64,000 bases of DNA, taken from contig OZ242356.1 in assembly GCA_965208785.1 (NCBI GenBank), positions 3,138,929 to 3,202,928 of the forward strand. Direction: 5' to 3'. The notes beneath the pieces are model-generated. The model made no database searches and was not told the origin of the DNA. It worked only from the letters and a program-made list of their open reading frames with translations. The first letter of the stretch is position 1, and every line of letters starts with the position of its first letter. The position numbers and the translations under genes were made by a program. Positions 1-8,592 of the stretch are shown here, one piece after another. This DNA comes from Acidimicrobiales bacterium (GTDB taxonomy: Bacteria; Actinomycetota; Acidimicrobiia; Acidimicrobiales; Bin134).

Positions 1-1
1 C

Positions 2-1126
2 CTGGCCGATGGCACCAGCGTCCCGATCGTGACCACGCCGGGCGACTACACCTACGTGGGCCAGCTCATCTTGACTGTCGATGCTGACGGCAACGTGACT
101 GCTGTAGACGAGGCCAGCGGCCTGCGCCGGGTGGCCGGCGGCAGCGAGCCCGACGCGGTCGAGCACCACCCCGACGTGGTGGCGCAGGTGACCGAGCCGG
201 TGGCCGCCGCGCTGGCCGAACTGGCCGCCTCCCCGGTGGGCACCACTGAGGTGCCCCTGGACGGCCGACGCTCGCCCGGCATCCGTACCCACGAGACCAA
301 CCAGGGCAACCTGCTGGCCGACGCCCTGCTGTGGAACGGCCAGCGGCTGGCCGCCGACTTCGGCGTGCCTGAGCCCGTAGTCGCCCTCCAAAACGGCGGC
401 GGGATCCGCAACGACTCGGTGATCCCGGTGGGGCCGATCAGCGAACTGGAAACCTTCAACATCTCCCCGTTCGGCAACTTCGTGACCGTGATCGAAGACG
501 TGTCGCCCGCCCAGTTGAAGGTGATCTTCGAGAACGCCGTGTCGAGGGTGGAGGGCTCCAGCGGCCGCTTCGCCCAGATCGCGGGAATGACCCTGGTGTA
601 CGACCCCGCGGGCACCCCCCAAGAGATCGGCGAAGACGACACCGTTACCACCGAGGGCTCCCGGGTGAAGTCGATCACCCTGGACGACGGCACCGCCATC
701 GTGAGCGACGGAGCCGTGGTGGACGGCGCTCCATCGATCGCCCTGGTCACCCTCAACTTCCTGGCCAACGGCGGCGACCAGTACCTGTTCGGCGACGGCG
801 CCCGCACCCATCTGGGCCTCACCGACCAGCAATCACTGGCCGCCTACATCGCCGACGGCCTCGGCGGAACCATCACCGCCGCCGATTACCCCGAAGGCGG
901 CGAAGGCCGCATCACCGCAGTAGCCGCGGACATGGACGACATGGATGACGGCATGGCCGACGACATGGACGATGGAATGGCTGACGACATGGACGACATG
1001 GCCGGCGAAGAACTCCCCGCCACCGGCACCGAAAGCCGCCTGCTCTTCATCATCGCCGCCACCCTCGTCCTAGCCGGCCTCCTCCTGGCCAGCCTGTCCC
1101 GCCGGAGCAAGAGCCTCACCATCTGA
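2..1126 (+). CDS. 5'-nucleotidase/UDP-sugar hydrolase family protein, C-terminal part, LPXTG-anchored (5' end outside window)
   Basis: Frame is open to the window edge. 5'-nucleotidase C-terminal domain motifs are present (HETNQGNLLADA, NGGGIRND, PFGN). C-terminus has an acidic D/M repeat, then LPATG, a hydrophobic helix and an RRSK tail, which is a sortase signal. Confidence 0.8.
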   Translation: MADGTSVPIVTTPGDYTYVGQLILTVDADGNVTAVDEASGLRRVAGGSEPDAVEHHPDVVAQVTEPVAAALAELAASPVGTTEVPLDGRRSPGIRTHETNQGNLLADALLWNGQRLAADFGVPEPVVALQNGGGIRNDSVIPVGPISELETFNISPFGNFVTVIEDVSPAQLKVIFENAVSRVEGSSGRFAQIAGMTLVYDPAGTPQEIGEDDTVTTEGSRVKSITLDDGTAIVSDGAVVDGAPSIALVTLNFLANGGDQYLFGDGARTHLGLTDQQSLAAYIADGLGGTITAADYPEGGEGRITAVAADMDDMDDGMADDMDDGMADDMDDMAGEELPATGTESRLLFIIAATLVLAGLLLASLSRRSKSLTI

Positions 1127-1226
1127 CCCCCACAACCCAACCCAGCACCGACCCCCGCTCGTGGGGCGGCTAGCCCAATCTCAGCCAGCCGACCCCTGAG
1201 CGGGCTGAACCTTCAGCCCGCGGCAG

Positions 1227-2498
1227 TCAGGGGCCCAGCGCGGTAAGGGGTAGAACGGACGTCCCGTCGGGACGGTCGTACCCGTAGCCGGTTGCGGTAA
1301 TGATGAGCAGTTTGGAAGGTGTACCCACCTTTTCGGTATCCACCTTTTGGCTGAGCCTGAGCAGTGAGCTAGCCGCTTCTTCGATCCACTCCTCGCCGCC
1401 GAGCTTGGCTTCAACTGCCATCCACCGACCATCGCGGGCCTCAACGATCATGTCGGCCTCGAGTTTGTCGCTGTCGTGGTAGTGGTAGACGGCGGCATCG
1501 CTGCGCTGCCCATAAATGCGCAGGTCGCGCACCACCAATGATTCGAACAGAAACCCGAGGGTTTCCAGATCTCCTAGCAGCCGGTCTGGCGTGGCGCCGG
1601 TGGCTGCTGCAGCCAATGAAGGATCGACAAAGTGCCGCTTAGGGGAGCGGAGAAGCGTCGCCCGTGACCGAAGATGAGTTGACCAATGCGGCAAGTCTTC
1701 CACGATGAACAGACGCTCCAACGAACGGACATACTCCGTTGCGGTGGTGCGGTTGAGACCTCGTTCTCCCGAGGCCTCTCTAGCCAATTTCGTGTATGAG
1801 GCCATGGTTGAGATGTTTCGGCTGACGGAGGCCACGAGCCGTTGAACTCCGGTGGGGTCGCGCACCACGCCATCTACTGAGGAGATGTCGGTGCGGCATA
1901 TCTCGCCGAGGTAGTTGCGAAGCAGAAGCTGCGCCTCTGGAACCGGTTTGTTGAGATGACGAGGCCATCCGCCACGGCAGATTGCATCGACGACATCGGC
2001 AAAGGAGGCCGCTGGACGATGGGCCGCTACCGCAGCCCCGTCGAGCAGCGACTCGATCGATACTTCACCGGTGCTCTCACCGGTCTCACACAGAGACATC
2101 GGGCGCATCCGCACTCGCCCGATCCGGCCAGCCCCAGAATGCCTGGTGACGTCGTCGACGGGCACAGCAGAGCCGGTGAGCAGAAAACGGCCAGAGCGAT
2201 GCCCCTCGTCACAAGCGTGGCGTACTTGGTTCCAAACATCGTCGGCGAGCTGCCACTCGTCCAACAAGCGCGGCTCTTGCCCGGCCAGAACATAACCCAA
2301 CGTCGTAGAAACAGATCTCCGCGCGTTGAGGTCTTGATCGAACAACACCTCGCTCCTGGCGAAGTTGCGCCCGCTCCACGTCTTGCCGCACCCCTTCGGC
2401 CCCTCAATGACGACGGCGGGCATGGACGCGAGCGTCTCAGCGATCGCCCGGTCGCTGACTCGCGATATGTAGCCCTCGGGCGTGAGCGTTGCAGCCAT
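1227..2498 (-). CDS. AAA-type ATPase, DUF4143-like orphan ATP-binding protein
   Basis: 423-aa ORF with Walker A GPKGCGKTW. Length and C-terminal layout are typical of the AAA_14/DUF4143 family recalled from memory. Confidence 0.65.
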   Translation of the reverse strand: MAATLTPEGYISRVSDRAIAETLASMPAVVIEGPKGCGKTWSGRNFARSEVLFDQDLNARRSVSTTLGYVLAGQEPRLLDEWQLADDVWNQVRHACDEGHRSGRFLLTGSAVPVDDVTRHSGAGRIGRVRMRPMSLCETGESTGEVSIESLLDGAAVAAHRPAASFADVVDAICRGGWPRHLNKPVPEAQLLLRNYLGEICRTDISSVDGVVRDPTGVQRLVASVSRNISTMASYTKLAREASGERGLNRTTATEYVRSLERLFIVEDLPHWSTHLRSRATLLRSPKRHFVDPSLAAAATGATPDRLLGDLETLGFLFESLVVRDLRIYGQRSDAAVYHYHDSDKLEADMIVEARDGRWMAVEAKLGGEEWIEEAASSLLRLSQKVDTEKVGTPSKLLIITATGYGYDRPDGTSVLPLTALGP

Positions 2499-2533
2499 AT
2501 CAAATCCAAGCAGGTGTCGGAATCATTCCTCAT

Positions 2534-2619
2534 CTTACAGTTTCTGAAACCTACAGCCTACACTTTCTGGACTTCTCAGCCTACAGATTCTTGGACTTTT
2601 AGCCTACAGATTCCGAACC
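2534..2619. promoter_or_regulatory. Iteron-like direct repeat array upstream of the DUF4143 ATPase gene
   Basis: Four or five copies of CCTACAGATTCTTGGACTT-like units. Cores lie at 2558, 2581 and 2604, a 23-bp period, 36-120 nt upstream of the start at 2498. Confidence 0.5.
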
Positions 2620-3033
2620 CCAGTCGGAAGCCCTCCGCGAGTTCTTGGACGAATGGGCCGAAGAGACGGGATCGCCGCGCCCCTAAGACGTAGCTGCGAT
2701 GCGCCGCCGGTAATTCACCTAGTGAGCCTCCAAGTTTGGAACCCCACTCTTCCGCACTCACGCCCCATTCCAGTTCTAGAGCCGCACATTTGCGTAACTG
2801 ACGATGACTTGCCGCCAGTCGCAAGGCAGTTTCCCCATTGCGCCACCTCAATGGGCTCCAGCCAGGACACTTCAGGAGACCTCAGCTCTCCGCAACCGGC
2901 ATGGCTTCGCGGACCCTGAGAGCCTCTCAATCCATGCCGCTCTACTTGACGAAGACTTCCCTACGATGCCATCTGATGAAGTCCAGGCGAGGTGCCCGAT
3001 AGCCTGCGACGGGCTGCTTGACTGCCGAACCGC

Positions 3034-4170
3034 CTAGTGGTCCGTCGCTGAATTGGTTGGGGCGGTTATCGTGGGGGGATGGGTGTTGCGTTGGTGTTGT
3101 CCGGTGGCGACCGCGAGGCGTTGGAGCGCATGGCGGGGTCGGGGTCGGAGCCGCATCGTCGGGTGGTTCGGGCCGGGGCGCTTTTGGCTTTGGCCGATGG
3201 CGGTTCGGTGCGGTCGGTTGCCCGGGACATGGGTTTTCACCAGGACACGGTGAGGGGCTGGCGGGACCGGTTCTTGGAGTCGGGGCCCGACGGGGTGGGC
3301 GCGGTGGCGCCGGGGCGGGGCCGCAAGCCCGGGGTTGCGGCGGCTGTGGTGGAGGCGATCGTGGCCGACACGCTGACTGCGGCGCCGGGCGACGGCTCGG
3401 CGTGCTGGTCGACGCGGGCGATGGCCGCCCGCCACGGCGTGGGCAAGGACACGGTGGCGCGGATCTGGCGGGCGCGGGGGCTGCGCCCGTGGCTCGCGGA
3501 CGTGTTCAAGCTGTCCGGGGATCCGGACTTCGAGGCCAAGCTGGTCGATGTGGTGGGCCTGTATCTGGACCCGCCCGAGGCCGCAGCGGTGTTCGCGTTC
3601 GACGAGAAGACCCAGGTCCAGGCCATAGACCGCACCCAGCCCTCTCTGCCCATGGTCCCGGGGCGCAACCGCACCCTCACACACGACTACAAGCGCCGCG
3701 GAACGCTCGACTTGTTCGCCGCGCTCAACGCGGCGACCGGCGAGGTGCTCCACCAGACCCGCAAGCGCCACACCGGAGCCGATGTGCTCGCGTTCTTCAA
3801 ATGGATCGACCTTCACACCCCCCGCCACCTTGACGTCCACATCGTGCTGGACAACCTGTCGGCCCACAAGTCCAAACCCGCGCGCGACTGGCTCGCCCAC
3901 CCCAAGCGCTCCCGCTGGCACCTGCACTTCACCCCCACCTCGGCATCGTGGCTCAACCTCGTCGAGTCCTGGTTCTCAGCACTGACGCGCAAAGCCCTCA
4001 AAACCAACAGCTTCAACTCCATCGCCGAGCTCGCCGACACCATCGACACCTGGACCTCGCACTGGAACCTCGACCCCCAACCACTCACATGGACCACCCC
4101 CGCCAACGACATCATCGCCAAAACCCGCCGAGCACAAACCGCCCTAACCAAATCCGCGACACACCACTAG
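3034..4170 (+). mobile_element. IS630-family insertion sequence, apparently intact
   Basis: Imperfect terminal inverted repeats: CTAGTGGTCCGTCGCTGAATTGGTTGG at 3034, and the reverse complement CTAGTGGTGTGTCGCGGATTTGGTTAG ending at 4170. TA lies at both junctions. One transposase ORF fills the element. Confidence 0.8.
3079..4170 (+). CDS. IS630 family transposase (HTH + DDE)
   Basis: 363 aa. N-terminal HTH region and DDE-like motifs (FDEKTQVQA, DNLSAHKS, WLNLVESWF). The stop TAG lies in the terminal repeat. Confidence 0.85.
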   Translation: MGVALVLSGGDREALERMAGSGSEPHRRVVRAGALLALADGGSVRSVARDMGFHQDTVRGWRDRFLESGPDGVGAVAPGRGRKPGVAAAVVEAIVADTLTAAPGDGSACWSTRAMAARHGVGKDTVARIWRARGLRPWLADVFKLSGDPDFEAKLVDVVGLYLDPPEAAAVFAFDEKTQVQAIDRTQPSLPMVPGRNRTLTHDYKRRGTLDLFAALNAATGEVLHQTRKRHTGADVLAFFKWIDLHTPRHLDVHIVLDNLSAHKSKPARDWLAHPKRSRWHLHFTPTSASWLNLVESWFSALTRKALKTNSFNSIAELADTIDTWTSHWNLDPQPLTWTTPANDIIAKTRRAQTALTKSATHH

Positions 4171-4629
4171 GTCTACCAAAGCATATGAAGCGTACTCACC
4201 ATCACCAGCCGCCTTCGGGCTAACGAGAATGCTCCCCTGATCGTCTATGCCCAGTGCACCGACGTCAAATAGCTCGTGATGTAGCGAACACAACAAGAGC
4301 CCATTTTCCACAAGATCAGGTCCGGCATGCGAATGCCACTTGATGTGTGCACACTCAAGTGCAATCGGAGAACCATTCAATTTAATGTCAAAGCTGCAAA
4401 ATGCACATTTGCTGCCATACGCGTCTCTGACATCAGAAACGAACTTGGGGTCCCGATATCTAGATTCATACGTAACTTTGCGACCTAGGTCTAGTCGTTC
4501 CAAAATCTCGATATGGGAAGTTTCTGGAATCTGCATGCCAAGTAGTCCATTAACGACTCGCGACCGTATCTTCTTTGACTTCAACGCCTCAGCAAACTCC
4601 TGCGTCAGACCGCCAACCGCCTCTTCCAC
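4144..4629 (-). CDS. HNH endonuclease domain protein; 3' end replaced by IS630 sequence, 5' part split from the upstream ORF
   Basis: HNH_2-type motif CAFCSF...ECAHIKWH...ENGLLLCSLHHELFD. The last 9 codons (4144-4170) are encoded by the IS630 terminal repeat. Confidence 0.75.
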   Translation of the reverse strand: MEEAVGGLTQEFAEALKSKKIRSRVVNGLLGMQIPETSHIEILERLDLGRKVTYESRYRDPKFVSDVRDAYGSKCAFCSFDIKLNGSPIALECAHIKWHSHAGPDLVENGLLLCSLHHELFDVGALGIDDQGSILVSPKAAGDGEYASYALVDLVVCRGFG

Positions 4630-4982
4630 TAGAAATGGTCTAGTCTCCCTTGCAGGTGCCTCTGACGAGGAGGTATTGGTTCCTTCATAGCATAAACGTC
4701 TTTGCCATGGCTATCCCTTACTTCCCACAATTCCCTGCTACTAGCCAAGTACACAAATGGGTATTGGACGCGGAGCTTATTACCCAAGACGTGGCCACGC
4801 ATAAACTCGATCAAAGCTGGCTCAGCTTCTCTAAAGGCCACTGACACTGAAGCACCATTCGTTACTCTGGCAATCATCCACAACAACAGCAGAGCCTTAT
4901 AGGGTGCCCGTTGACCATGAGTACCATCGCGCTTGATGGCTTTCACCACCGAAACCCAGTAAGCAGCACTGCGAGAACTCAT
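4629..4982 (-). CDS. Sulfur-binding-domain (SBD)-like N-terminal module of an SBD-HNH type IV restriction enzyme (split ORF)
   Basis: RAPYKALLLLW and QYPFVYL...ELWEV resemble the HKPLLLL / YPFWRL...WE motifs I recall from ScoMcrA-type phosphorothioate readers. The stop TAG overlaps the GTG of the HNH ORF by 1 nt. Confidence 0.45.
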   Translation of the reverse strand: MSSRSAAYWVSVVKAIKRDGTHGQRAPYKALLLLWMIARVTNGASVSVAFREAEPALIEFMRGHVLGNKLRVQYPFVYLASSRELWEVRDSHGKDVYAMKEPIPPRQRHLQGRLDHF

Positions 4983-5000
4983 TCGATTACTACGAAGCCA

Positions 5001-5894
5001 TCAGTTTTGACTATACAGAGCTTCCTCCGCTGCGGAGTACAGCTCCTTCCAATCCACAAAATCCAAGCAATGCGTATGACTCAATTGAGCAATTTTCTGG
5101 CATGACAATCGAGCCGCTTCTCTCCCACCGACTAATTCGACTTGATCTCTATTGTCAGAAAATGCCGCTACCAGTGCAGATCGAGCTCTTTCTGAATTGA
5201 CTGCTGTAACTTGCCTCAACGACAACTCGATCAGTCTTTCCCATAGCTGACCACTCCTCAAGACTCGATGGGCGTCTCGCAAGGCAAGGTCTCGGCCCGC
5301 TTCTCCTGCAAGCGACGATGCGGACGTAGCAAACCGCCATCTCCACCAACCCTTAGCGATAGGGCAATCTAAGAACGAGGTGACGTTGTAACGAACATGG
5401 TGAAGTCCCCCCATGCGACGAAGAAGATTCCTCACCTTTGCTTCCTGTTCCGGAGGGTTGCGGAAGAACACGGTAGCAATGTCTTCGCCAAACATGCCGC
5501 TCGCTATCCAGTGGGCATGACAAAGAGTCCAGAATGCAGGAGTGGCAGCATAGGCGACCGGTATTGCATCGGCCCAAAGACTTCCCAGCTGTTGTTCCGC
5601 ATACTCAGGAAGGCTGGTCTCCATTTCGCCAGCAGTGAGTGGATTAGGAAGTTCCGGAATCTCGACACCCCAGCCTTCTAGAGAGTTGATTGACAATTTC
5701 TCGGCAAAGTAACGCCAGGTAGATTGCGATCCAGAGGTCACCGCTTCATGAAGCAAGAATTGCCGTTGCTCCACTTGTGTTCTACGTTCGATCGCTTCAG
5801 GTGCCTCTTGGTCAGGAAACTCCTTCTTGACATAGATCAGACTTCGTTGCCAATCTTCGTGCCGTTCGACATAGCCATCGAAAAACGCACTCAT
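5001..5894 (-). CDS. Hypothetical protein (operon member, no recognisable domain)
   Basis: 297-aa ORF in the AT-richer segment. Its ATG overlaps the stop of the upstream ORF in ATGA (5891-5894). Confidence 0.6.
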   Translation of the reverse strand: MSAFFDGYVERHEDWQRSLIYVKKEFPDQEAPEAIERRTQVEQRQFLLHEAVTSGSQSTWRYFAEKLSINSLEGWGVEIPELPNPLTAGEMETSLPEYAEQQLGSLWADAIPVAYAATPAFWTLCHAHWIASGMFGEDIATVFFRNPPEQEAKVRNLLRRMGGLHHVRYNVTSFLDCPIAKGWWRWRFATSASSLAGEAGRDLALRDAHRVLRSGQLWERLIELSLRQVTAVNSERARSALVAAFSDNRDQVELVGGREAARLSCQKIAQLSHTHCLDFVDWKELYSAAEEALYSQN

Positions 5895-6679
5895 TGCTGC
5901 GCCTCCGCGACAAAGAGATCGAAAGGTTCCACAGCCGTTGCCGCCAATGCAGGGTCGTAACCTAAGTCATCATCCCAATCCGGTACGCCTGCATCGTCCA
6001 ATCGACCTCTAAGTTCATTCGTCAAACTGTGATCCGCCAATTCTCCACCTTCTGCCATCTTGCTGCGGGGCAAAAGTGCAAACACCGCAACAAGCCCTGC
6101 AATCCTCATGTCCCGGCTCGTCTTGCACTTCTCGAATACATCAGAAGCAAGAGTGACAGTGAATTTTGGGGCATCCGTGGATACGTCAGCAACAGTCATT
6201 TGTCCAGGAGCCAGAGTGTCCTCAGGTGCTCTTTTGAATGTCACTAGACTCACCGTTAGCGACTGGGACCGCCAGATTTCGCCACGAGCACAACGCCAGC
6301 CAGCCGGAATAAACACACGCTCTTCCGCACCCCAAATGTGTGGGTGCAACGAAGCCGTATCCACGTAAGTATCACGAGTGGTGACTAGTCCAGGAATTAC
6401 AAAAACAGATCCGAGTACTTCGTCTTCTTTCCACTGGACAACTTGGTGTTGGCTAGTAGAGGTCCTTACACGGCTCAGCATGGTTCTTGGACACCGGATC
6501 TCCGCATACCACACTGCATCGCCATCCATGACGAGACGAGATAGCTCGGTGGCCCCTAGTACATGATGTCGAATGGTGACTTGTCCGGTCTCGAATCTCA
6601 CCAATGGCCTATATTGAGCCTCCAACCAATCTAGACGGGAATTGGCATCGTCCAGAACTGGGATAGGGGAATGCTCCAT
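5891..6679 (-). CDS. Hypothetical protein (operon member, no recognisable domain)
   Basis: 262-aa ORF starting 5 nt after the GHKL ATPase stop and overlapping the next ORF by 4 nt. Confidence 0.6.
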   Translation of the reverse strand: MEHSPIPVLDDANSRLDWLEAQYRPLVRFETGQVTIRHHVLGATELSRLVMDGDAVWYAEIRCPRTMLSRVRTSTSQHQVVQWKEDEVLGSVFVIPGLVTTRDTYVDTASLHPHIWGAEERVFIPAGWRCARGEIWRSQSLTVSLVTFKRAPEDTLAPGQMTVADVSTDAPKFTVTLASDVFEKCKTSRDMRIAGLVAVFALLPRSKMAEGGELADHSLTNELRGRLDDAGVPDWDDDLGYDPALAATAVEPFDLFVAEAQQ

Positions 6680-6684
6680 ACTTT

Positions 6685-8592
6685 CTAACTTTCGGCACGT
6701 CTGCGATAGACAACGATTTCGGCATCACTCAGGTTGGTGATATCCGTAGCAACTTCCACGTCCAACCGTTGATGGAAGGGTTCAGCTGGAAGGAGCAATT
6801 CGACTTCTCCTCCGCGGGCCTCTGCCTCGACTCTGTGACCCTCTCCCGTGGTAACTCTCCTCAAGGGCAAATACGAGTCCCCAAATCGTTGTTCACAGCT
6901 GGCATCCGACCCTGAAGGGATGCTGACGCTAATTCCGATTTGCCCCTGGCCAATACTCTCATCATCGATCTGGATTTCGAATCTCACGGTCTTCGGTCCT
7001 ACAACCACCGGAGGCAGAGTTCGGTATCGGGGCACAGTTCCTCGCCGCGGCGTGCCTAGTTGGCGCTGTCGCTTCTTCCCCTTCTTCCTTGTCTTCTCTC
7101 CACGTAAGATATCTCCCGACTGCTTTCCGCCCCCAGATGGTGGCCGTGCCCTAGTGACCTTCTCCCCCCCCGTTGTCACTGACCGCGAGAATTCGGCGAA
7201 TCCCGGTGGAGTGTACTCATCAGTCTCTTCGGCTTGTCCTGCTGCATCACGGATTCTATCGGCTAGATCATCAAGCAAAGTGTCCAATTCCTTACGGTCG
7301 GCCTTGCTCAATCTTGTTCTGTCAATACCCCTGTGTTCTGGACCCTCTGCGTCTCGAATTAACTCTTCCTCTCGGCCATCATCTAGAACTATCACAGCGT
7401 CAAAGGGTCTACATCCAGCAAAGTCATTGGGATACAACCTGGGGGCTGATGAAGTGATCCACATCCCTTTTCGGAACAAATGTACCCTGCTTCCAATTCG
7501 TTTTTCGTGTTCTATAGAGCGGCACCATATTGTCTCGCCGCCTACCCTCTCTAACGACGGCACTTCAGAGATTGTCCGCCATGCCCTGAATGCATGCTCA
7601 CCTGTGATCTGGCCGCGTCCGTCTGCTCTCAGTCGGCTCGAGTACCGTTCTAGAATCTGACCAAGATTTCGAGAATTAATGGTCAATTCGTCCCCTGATC
7701 TCTCGTCATATATATTTACTGTCATTTTTTCCTGGAATATAGCCGCAGAAAAATTCGAAGCTGCAACACGAGCTATTGTTTCGACAGAAGTTGGATCATC
7801 ATCATCACGATGAAAGTCATTGAATCCAAGAATGCATACTACAGTCCCTGTGTTTGGCATACTTTCAAGTGGTGCTGCAAGTAGCGCTGGAGGACGCGAG
7901 GAGTAGTAATTGTGGTCATTTGTGAATGACAATTGACCCTTGCGAAACCAATATCCATCGGCTCCTCGGCGTTGATCTTTCTCAGAAGGGTGAGGATGCG
8001 ATGCCAATACAGCATGACCAGATACTAGAGTACCTAGTTCTCCATTCTCTTGATAGCGTGCACCGTACAAGACGTAACGCATATTGGAAGCGGCAAATGC
8101 AGCGTTGTGCCCTACGCCAAAGCTCCCAGCTCCTCCATCCCCTTTGCCCGAATTTCCCTCTGTCAATAGACGGTCCATTCTTTGTCCATCTAACCCGTGG
8201 CCATTGTCTATACAGAGCAAAGCATCAACTGTCTTGTTATCCAGTACCTCCTGTATACGTTCCACGATCATATTCTCGTCGTGAGAAGGAAGACCTTCAT
8301 TGTTCCACTCTTTTCTATCCATCAATGAGAGTTCAAATGCTTCTACATACTGATCCAACCCTGGAACCATCGAATACGGAACGGGAAAGACGTTGAATGC
8401 AATCTCTGCGGGGCGACCTGCCTTATCAGCAGCATCTAGTGAGTTTTGAATTAATTCCCTTACCACTGGTTCCGCTGAACCGTCAAAGTGGGCTAAGGCA
8501 GCGCTAGTAAACCCAACTGGCCGGCGAGATAGATCAAAAACGAGTCCCGCGTCTTCAATCGGTGCAGTCACACGCTGGCGTGCCTGTGGCAT
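6685..8592 (-). CDS. GHKL (Bergerat-fold, MutL/MORC/Hsp90-like) ATPase with a large C-terminal extension
   Basis: N-box RELIQNSLDA, G1 box IDNGHGLDG, G2 box GAGSFGVGHNAAF. Basic patch KTRKKGKKRQRQ near the C-terminus. The ATG at 8592 is preceded by GGAAGGGG. The ORF track starts at 8616. Confidence 0.75.
   Translation of the reverse strand: MPQARQRVTAPIEDAGLVFDLSRRPVGFTSAALAHFDGSAEPVVRELIQNSLDAADKAGRPAEIAFNVFPVPYSMVPGLDQYVEAFELSLMDRKEWNNEGLPSHDENMIVERIQEVLDNKTVDALLCIDNGHGLDGQRMDRLLTEGNSGKGDGGAGSFGVGHNAAFAASNMRYVLYGARYQENGELGTLVSGHAVLASHPHPSEKDQRRGADGYWFRKGQLSFTNDHNYYSSRPPALLAAPLESMPNTGTVVCILGFNDFHRDDDDPTSVETIARVAASNFSAAIFQEKMTVNIYDERSGDELTINSRNLGQILERYSSRLRADGRGQITGEHAFRAWRTISEVPSLERVGGETIWCRSIEHEKRIGSRVHLFRKGMWITSSAPRLYPNDFAGCRPFDAVIVLDDGREEELIRDAEGPEHRGIDRTRLSKADRKELDTLLDDLADRIRDAAGQAEETDEYTPPGFAEFSRSVTTGGEKVTRARPPSGGGKQSGDILRGEKTRKKGKKRQRQLGTPRRGTVPRYRTLPPVVVGPKTVRFEIQIDDESIGQGQIGISVSIPSGSDASCEQRFGDSYLPLRRVTTGEGHRVEAEARGGEVELLLPAEPFHQRLDVEVATDITNLSDAEIVVYRRRAES

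Noticed and set aside
3018-3927. Alternative ORFs 3018-3833 (plus) and 3034-3927 (minus) inside IS630.
   Set aside because: They overlap the transposase frame, which carries recognisable HTH and DDE motifs. Their composition is an artefact of high GC.
8552-8560. A recurrent ATTGA stop/start junction at 8555, 37348-37351 and 39304-39307, considered as a possible special recoding signal.
   Set aside because: At two sites it is simply a TGA stop overlapping a TTG start. At 8555 the TTG is out of frame. It is most likely ordinary operon overlap, not a distinct signal.
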